A stretch of 64,000 nucleotides of DNA from Actinomycetota bacterium (lineage in GTDB: Bacteria; Actinomycetota; Geothermincolia; Geothermincolales; RBG-13-55-18). Under the pieces are notes generated by a model, which was not told the origin of the DNA, did no database searches, and was given only the letters and a program-made list of their open reading frames with translations. The stretch spans positions 19,292-83,291 of the forward strand of contig JAXHVT010000034.1 of the NCBI GenBank assembly GCA_034188985.1. The letters are read 5' to 3'. Every line of letters begins with the position of its first letter. Position 1 is the stretch's first letter. Positions 58,470 to 64,000 of the stretch are shown here, one piece after another. A program made the translations under genes and the position numbers.

Positions 58470-59714
58470 ATGAAGATACTGCTTCTCTCATGGGAGTACC
58501 CGCCGCGCATAATAGGCGGTCTGGGCACCCACGTTCACCAGCTGGCCGTGAACCTGGCTCGCCTGGGGGCCAACGTACACGTCATCACCAAGGATGTCGA
58601 GAACGCCCCCGACTACGAGGAGATCGATGATGTCCATATCCACAGGGTGCCCCTTTACGCTCCACGTATCCCCCAGGACGAATGGGTGCCGTGGACCCTG
58701 CAGTTCAATGTGGCCCTGCTGGAGAAAGCTATCCCCCTGATAAACGAGAGGATAGGTAAGGTTCAAGTTATCCATGCCCACGACTGGTTGGTGGCCCACG
58801 CCGGCATAGCCTTGAAGCACGCCTACCGCATACCCCTTGTAGCCACCATCCACGCCACCGAGTACGGGCGTCACCAGAGAAACCTGCCCGAGGGCATGTC
58901 CAGGATAATCCACCAGATCGAGTGGTGGCTCACCTTCGAGAGCGTGCGTACCATATGCTGCAGCAACTACATGCGCGATGAAGTGGTGAAGATATTCGAG
59001 CTCCCCTTTGACAAGGTAAGCGTGATCCCCAACGGCATCGAGTACAAGCTCTTCCAGATCGATCCCGACGAGGAACGCATCCGCAAGCGATTCATCGAGC
59101 CCGATTCGCGTATGGTCTTCTTCGTGGGTCGCCTGGTTTACGAAAAAGGCGTGCAGACGGTGATAGAGGCCATGCCCAAGATCCTGGAAGAGGTGCCGGA
59201 CATACGCTTCCTGGTGGCTGGAACCGGGCCCCATGTCAGGGCGCTCCAGGCCATGATCGAGGAGTTCGGGCTGGATCACAAGATAAAAATGCTGGGGTTC
59301 GTGGACATGGACGTCCTGGTCAAATTCTACAAGTGTGCAGATCTAACCGTGGTGCCCAGCCTGTACGAACCCTTCGGCATGGTGGTCCTGGAGGCCATGG
59401 TGGCCGGATGCCCGGTTATCGTGGCCGAAACCGGGGGATTGAAGGAGATCGTCGTACACGAGGAGACGGGGCTGTGCTTCAGGCCGGGTAACTCGGACTC
59501 CCTGGCTCAGGCCATAATCAGGGTTCTCAAGGACGAGAGGCTGGCCGACAGGCTGACCAGCGATGCCTTCAAGTTCATCGAGCAGAAATACAGCTGGGGG
59601 CGCATAGCGCGGCAGACCCTGGAAATATACGACAGGGCGGTCAGGGAATACGAATATCGCCCCAGGGCGCTTCATGTCATCCCTCCCCTGCCCAAGAGCG
59701 CTCACATCAGCTGA
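58470..59714 (+). CDS. GT4-family glycosyltransferase (glycogen/alpha-glucan synthase-like).
   Basis: An N-terminal KILLLSWEYPPRIIGGLGTHV and the GT-B C-domain EPFGMVVLEAMVAGCPVIVAETGGLKEIV (E-x7-E). Confidence 0.75.
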   Translation: MKILLLSWEYPPRIIGGLGTHVHQLAVNLARLGANVHVITKDVENAPDYEEIDDVHIHRVPLYAPRIPQDEWVPWTLQFNVALLEKAIPLINERIGKVQVIHAHDWLVAHAGIALKHAYRIPLVATIHATEYGRHQRNLPEGMSRIIHQIEWWLTFESVRTICCSNYMRDEVVKIFELPFDKVSVIPNGIEYKLFQIDPDEERIRKRFIEPDSRMVFFVGRLVYEKGVQTVIEAMPKILEEVPDIRFLVAGTGPHVRALQAMIEEFGLDHKIKMLGFVDMDVLVKFYKCADLTVVPSLYEPFGMVVLEAMVAGCPVIVAETGGLKEIVVHEETGLCFRPGNSDSLAQAIIRVLKDERLADRLTSDAFKFIEQKYSWGRIARQTLEIYDRAVREYEYRPRALHVIPPLPKSAHIS

Positions 59715-59724
59715 GGTATAAGCC

Positions 59725-61128
59725 ATGGATACCAAACTCAGGCAGAGCCTGGAACGCATTTTCTTCCCCCGCTCCATCGCCGTAGTAGGCGTTTCATCTC
59801 GCATGGACAACCCGGGCACGATGCTCCTGCGTGCCCTCACCGGCATGGGTTTCAGCGGAGGCCTGTATCCCATCAATCCCAGGTACGACGAGATACTGGA
59901 CCTGCGATGCTTCCCGGATATCGCCTCCCTGCCCGAACGCCCGGATCTGGTGATACTGAGCATTCCACCCACCTCTGTGCCGCAACTTATCCGGGAGGCG
60001 GCCCGGGAGGGCGTGGGAGGTTGCATCATCAACAGCGCCGGCTTCTCCGAGACGGGAAGGGATGAAGGTCTACGCCTGGAGGGAGAGATCCTTCGCGCCA
60101 TCGAGGGCAGCGACCTGCGCATCGTGGGTCCTAACTGCATGGGTATCTACAGCTCCCGCGGCAGGATAGCCCTCTTCGCAGGTATGTTCCCCACCGAGGG
60201 ACATATCAGCATGATCTCGCAGAGCGGCTCCATGTCCAGCATCACTTACATGACGGGCATAGAACGGGGATTGTACTATGACAAGATCGTATCCAGCGGA
60301 AACGAACTGGACCTGAATTGCGCGGACTACCTGGAATACCTGGCCGAAGACCCTTACACCGGCATGATCCTGGCTTACCTGGAGGAGGTAAGAGACGCCC
60401 GCCGCTTCCTGGATACCACACGGAGCCTCATGGGCGTCAAGCCCGTTATCGTGCTCAAGGCCGGGCTCACCTCCTCCGGTAGAAAGGCGGCCGCCAGCCA
60501 CACCTCCGCCCTGGGAGGCAACGCCGAGATCTTCGAAGGAGCCGCCCGCCAGGCGGGTATCATACCGGCTAGGGACGTGGCGGAGATGATGGATTTCGCC
60601 ACCGCCCTGTACCACCTTCCCCCGTGCGGCGGGAGCGGTGTGGCCGTGATCAGCTCACCGGGCGGCCTGGCCGTAAACGCGGCCGACGCAGTTGAATGGT
60701 ACGGCCTCGACCTGGCCACCCCATCAGAGAAGACACGACTGGAACTGGCCGACCTGCTTCCGTCCGAGGGAACCAGCTTCTCCAATCCCATCGATCTCGG
60801 CTTCGGAGCCGTTCCCCCGGGCAATTACGGCCGGGTGCTGGAGTTGTTGGACAGTGATCCGCATGTGGACATCATGCTGGCGGTGGGAAGCGCGCCCGCC
60901 TCTCGCGGCGACGACATAGGCCTGTTGAGGGCCATCACCGACGAGGTTCTGGAGGTCAAGGACGCTATAGGCAAGCCCCTGGTAATGGTTCTCTTTCCCA
61001 GCTCCTTCACCGCCCCCCAGGCGGCAAGGCTTCACGCCGCTGGCGTACCCGCCTACCTCACCCCCACTGCCGCCTGCAAGGCGCTCCGGGAGTATTGCCG
61101 TTTTTATCGAACCTCGCGAGACGAGTGA
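59725..61128 (+). CDS. ADP-forming acyl-CoA synthetase alpha-like protein (CoA-binding plus CoA-ligase domains), no beta partner in the window.
   Basis: SIAVVGVS.....G, RIVGPNCMGI, SQSGSMS and catalytic-His-region HTSALGG motifs, as in the NDP-forming acetyl-CoA synthetase alpha subunit. Confidence 0.65.
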   Translation: MDTKLRQSLERIFFPRSIAVVGVSSRMDNPGTMLLRALTGMGFSGGLYPINPRYDEILDLRCFPDIASLPERPDLVILSIPPTSVPQLIREAAREGVGGCIINSAGFSETGRDEGLRLEGEILRAIEGSDLRIVGPNCMGIYSSRGRIALFAGMFPTEGHISMISQSGSMSSITYMTGIERGLYYDKIVSSGNELDLNCADYLEYLAEDPYTGMILAYLEEVRDARRFLDTTRSLMGVKPVIVLKAGLTSSGRKAAASHTSALGGNAEIFEGAARQAGIIPARDVAEMMDFATALYHLPPCGGSGVAVISSPGGLAVNAADAVEWYGLDLATPSEKTRLELADLLPSEGTSFSNPIDLGFGAVPPGNYGRVLELLDSDPHVDIMLAVGSAPASRGDDIGLLRAITDEVLEVKDAIGKPLVMVLFPSSFTAPQAARLHAAGVPAYLTPTAACKALREYCRFYRTSRDE

Positions 61129-61242
61129 AGAGCGGCAGCTGGATTAACCCGGCTCCCTGTCCACATTCTTTAAGAGACGTGAGGTCATTGGCATCCCAGG
61201 TTCATGAGACCGTATCCGGGTCGGCGTGACGGCGTTTTCCGG

Positions 61243-61965
61243 TCAGGCCCGTTCACCGCCATCCTCCACCTCGCCCTCCTCGCTCGGGGAGAGGGGACGC
61301 GGCCTCCAACCCAAGACCCGGGCCGGGATGCCTCCCACTACGGAGTAAGGTGGTACGTCGCGGTTGACCAGGCTCATGGCTCCTATGACCGAGCCCTTGC
61401 CCACAGTGACGCCGCGCAAGATCGATACCTTCTCCCCCACCCAGATATCTCCCTCCATGCATATGGGGCTCTTGGATATCCCCTGCGTGCGTATGCTCAT
61501 CACCGGGTCCCAGTAGTTATGATCAAAGTCCACGATGTAGACCGAATCGGCGAAAAGGCATTCTGGTCCTATATGGACGCCGCAATAGCAGTTCACGGTG
61601 TTATCGGTCCCGAAGATGGTATGCTCCCCGACGAACATCTCTCCCTCGTGACAGCGCAAGGCATTGTTGCGACCTATCCAGACCCAGCGCCCCAAGCGCA
61701 TGGTCGCGCCCCTCTTCACCACTATCTCGTAGCGGCGCGGCAGGAATACGAAACCCTCCGTCTTCACCCTCGGATGCAGCACCTTCAACCTGACGAAACG
61801 GTAGAGATAAACCCAGTAGCGCGGTGTGTACACGCCCTTGTCGCGGATAAACCTCAGAGTGCGGATCATCCAGGCCCAACCCCGGATCCGCTCCGCCGGA
61901 TCCCGCTCCAGCTCCGCCCCCTTGCCGACCTCCCTCGAGGCCTCCACCATCGCTTCCCTCACCAT
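61243..61965 (-). CDS. Hexapeptide-repeat (left-handed beta-helix) acetyltransferase.
   Basis: IGPECLFADSVYIVDFDHNYWD...IWVGEKVSILRGVTVGKGSVIGAMSLVNRDVPPYSVVGGIPARVL matches the maltose/galactoside O-acetyltransferase family. The start is uncertain (61869-62001). Confidence 0.65.
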   Translation of the reverse strand: MVREAMVEASREVGKGAELERDPAERIRGWAWMIRTLRFIRDKGVYTPRYWVYLYRFVRLKVLHPRVKTEGFVFLPRRYEIVVKRGATMRLGRWVWIGRNNALRCHEGEMFVGEHTIFGTDNTVNCYCGVHIGPECLFADSVYIVDFDHNYWDPVMSIRTQGISKSPICMEGDIWVGEKVSILRGVTVGKGSVIGAMSLVNRDVPPYSVVGGIPARVLGWRPRPLSPSEEGEVEDGGERA

Positions 61966-62873
61966 CACTTTTCCAGGTAGAGGATGAGGTTGTAGAACCA
62001 TTCATGGGGCAGATAATCGTATAGCCGGATATCCCACGCCCGGCATCGCCTATAGGTGTTGTAGGCTCCCCACCTCCAGTGGTCGGTTATGTTCTCCTCC
62101 ACCACGCTTCCCTCTACGGTGCGGATCATCCATCCTATGAAACTGGCGAGAAGCTCCTCCGACTCGAATCGTGTCAGTGAAAATCCCGCCCGCCCGGCTA
62201 TCTCACACAGCTGCTTCGGCCGGAACGTATGTATGTCCACCACGTGCTCCAACTCCAATGCTTCGTGGTCTCGGGCTGGATCTGAACCACCGTGGTCCCT
62301 CAGCTTCACCCTTCTCTTTCCCAGCTTGCCGCCGAAGAGGGCGTAGGTTTTAATACCCCAGGTGGAAAGGGACTTGGCAACCCGGGCGAACTGATGACCC
62401 CTTACCGTGGGCTCCCCGGCCACGACACACTTGCCGCCAGGCTTGAGGACCCGGTAGATCTCACGGAAGGAAGCATCCAGATCGGGCAGGTGATGCAGGA
62501 CGGCATGTCCTATAACCAAGTCGAAGAACTCGTCCTCATAGGGCAGGTTCTCTACGTCGGCCTGCTGAAGGTGGACCTTCATCCCCAATTTTTCGGCGTT
62601 ATCCTCGCATACATCCAACATACCCTGGGATATGTCGCAGCCCCAGGCCTCCTCGAGTACGCCGGCCAGGCTCAGGTTGAGCATGGCGTATCCCGTACCA
62701 CATCCTATCTCCAGGACTCTCCCGAACTCGGGGAAACTTCCCTTGAAACCCAGTTCGAACTTGAAGAGAACGAATCCCGCCATATCATCATCGTAGCGTA
62801 TTGCCCATTTCTTATCGTACTCTCGGCTGGTCTCGTCGTGAAAAACAATATTAGCCCGCTTTATATCCATCAA
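61965..62873 (-). CDS. Class I SAM-dependent methyltransferase.
   Basis: VLEIGCGTGYAMLNL (motif I), ...DLVIGHAVLHHL..., LKPGGKCVV. Confidence 0.7.
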   Translation of the reverse strand: MMDIKRANIVFHDETSREYDKKWAIRYDDDMAGFVLFKFELGFKGSFPEFGRVLEIGCGTGYAMLNLSLAGVLEEAWGCDISQGMLDVCEDNAEKLGMKVHLQQADVENLPYEDEFFDLVIGHAVLHHLPDLDASFREIYRVLKPGGKCVVAGEPTVRGHQFARVAKSLSTWGIKTYALFGGKLGKRRVKLRDHGGSDPARDHEALELEHVVDIHTFRPKQLCEIAGRAGFSLTRFESEELLASFIGWMIRTVEGSVVEENITDHWRWGAYNTYRRCRAWDIRLYDYLPHEWFYNLILYLEK

Positions 62874-63162
62874 TTAGCTCCCTCTGTTTAGCCGGGAATC
62901 AGATCCAACTCATCCCCTGGGCCGTCCCGGCGGCCTCTTCCGGGAACCTGATTTTATCCATAGCAATGATTATATTAGCCTAGATTGCCGCAGGAAAGAC
63001 CCCGGGGAATGCCGGGCCTCTCGCTCAAAGCGCATTCCCGCGCATCGTTCCAACCGACACCGGCGGCCGCTCCGGAGGCAAACGACTCAAGCGGGCTTTT
63101 CCCTCATAGTCGCTTAGACGCTAATATAGATAGGAAAGATTGGAGAAACAGCCCGGCTCCAG

Positions 63163-63178
63163 CCATGCGATCGCATGG
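63163..63178. promoter_or_regulatory. Perfect 16-bp palindrome CCATGCGATCGCATGG overlapping the start region of the NusG_II gene.
   Basis: Directly visible. A hairpin GGGAATGC-(18 nt)-GCATTCCC lies ~140 bp upstream. Confidence 0.4.
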
Positions 63179-63219
63179 CATCCAAGGGAGGTCCGAATAA
63201 ATTGAGCGACGCGCGGAAA

Positions 63220-63621
63220 ATGATCCGCAGGAGAGGTATCCTGAGCCACTGGTGGGCTCCCGGGGATATCCTCCTGGTGCTTGCGGTGGTGGCGGTAAGC
63301 GTTTTCCTTATTAGCCAGAGCGCGTCCGGCGCCGGTGGAGATGACAACCTGGAGGTTTCCATCTCCGTCAACGGCGAGGAGGTAATGGTTCTTCCCCTCC
63401 TGGAGGAGAGCCGGGAACTGGTTATCGAGGGCTACCAGGGCAAGAGCTATATAGAGATAGAGGGGGGGAGGATACATATGGTGGATTCGGCCTGTCCCGA
63501 GAAGCACTGCGTCCGCACCGGCTGGATATCCCACCCGGGCGAGAGTATAGTGTGCCTTCCCAATCGCGTTGTAATCGAGGTCGTCAGCGGCGAGGAGGGG
63601 CCGGATGTCATCAACAGGTAG
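63220..63621 (+). CDS. NusG domain II-like (DUF1312) membrane-anchored protein.
   Basis: An N-terminal TM, then ...YIEIEGGRIHMVDSACPEKHCVRTGWISHPGESIVCLPNRVVIEV typical of NusG_II proteins that pair with Gx transporters. The start (63175-63220) is uncertain. Confidence 0.55.
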   Translation: MIRRRGILSHWWAPGDILLVLAVVAVSVFLISQSASGAGGDDNLEVSISVNGEEVMVLPLLEESRELVIEGYQGKSYIEIEGGRIHMVDSACPEKHCVRTGWISHPGESIVCLPNRVVIEVVSGEEGPDVINR

Positions 63622-63670
63622 AGGTACTTTCGGACTCCGTTACTCCCCGCCGGGAGACAGCAGGGCACGC

Positions 63671-64000
63671 ATGGTGAGCCAGTTGGGGCTGCTGGTGGCC
63701 CTGGGCTTGGTGCTGCAGGTCATCGAGGGGGCCATACCCCCCATACTGCCCCTGCCCGGAGCAAAGTTGGGATTGGCCAACTTGGCCACTCTGGTGGCCC
63801 TACTGCTTCTGGGCCCGGTCGAGGCCCTGGCGGTGAATATACTGAGGTGCCTCCTGGGAGGCCTGCTGCGAGGCAGCTTTATCGGCTTGACCATAAGCCT
63901 CAGCGCGGGAACGGCCGCCATACTGGTGATGGCGGGTATTTACCTCATACCCTTCCTTCCCCTCAGCGTAACCGGTATCAGTATAGCCGGGGCGGTTACC
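63671..64000 (+). CDS. Gx transporter family protein (Hpre_diP_synt_I-like), truncated at the window end.
   Basis: Hand translation MVSQLGLLVALGLVLQVIEGAIPPILPLPGAKLGLANLATLVALLLLGPVEALAVNILRCLLGGLLRGSFIGL gives the family signature. It is not in the ORF track because there is no stop before the edge. Confidence 0.6.
   Translation, partial: MVSQLGLLVALGLVLQVIEGAIPPILPLPGAKLGLANLATLVALLLLGPVEALAVNILRCLLGGLLRGSFIGLTISLSAGTAAILVMAGIYLIPFLPLSVTGISIAGAVT

Overview
This is a high-GC (~60%) bacterial chromosomal segment, almost all protein-coding, with no rRNA, tRNA, CRISPR array or mobile element. By my reading the main content is a near-complete Wood-Ljungdahl (reductive acetyl-CoA) pathway supercluster on the minus strand (~28.2-51.1 kb). 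Its genes are fhs, RACo, cooC/acsF, fchA, folD, acsD, acsA/cooS, acsB, acsC, metV, metF, a core-MetE-like methyltransferase, lipA and acsE. They are followed by a NuoE/NuoF-like plus formate dehydrogenase FdhA module. In FdhA the ORF caller split a single selenoprotein at an in-frame TGA (29911-29913). Upstream on the same strand sit leuCDB and a partial ilvD. Lpd-gcvH lie on the plus strand. A ligA-gatC-(7TM insert)-gatA-gatB operon ends in an unusual zinc-ribbon membrane protein with a perfect 15-bp tandem repeat. A stand-alone Mrp/Mbh-type cation/proton antiporter cluster in the order E-F-G-B-B'-C-D-D'-A (17.5-25.4 kb) contains a D subunit fused to a C-terminal SdrD-B/CnaB-like beta-sandwich domain. 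The last 12 kb is accessory. It holds a TiaS/Mmp11-like (DUF1743) protein, an alpha/beta hydrolase, a CrtI-like FAD oxidoreductase, an isochorismatase, a 54-aa membrane peptide, two SAM methyltransferases, GH57 and GT4 alpha-glucan genes, an orphan ADP-forming acyl-CoA synthetase alpha-like protein, and NusG_II plus a Gx transporter. Candidate regulatory DNA includes a repeated CTGA(G)ACAC inverted-repeat array in the fdh promoter, three CATATG-centred palindromic boxes upstream of a DUF5320-like gene pair, and a 16-bp perfect palindrome at the NusG_II start. All functional calls are from motif-level reading of the translations. None has been checked against a database.
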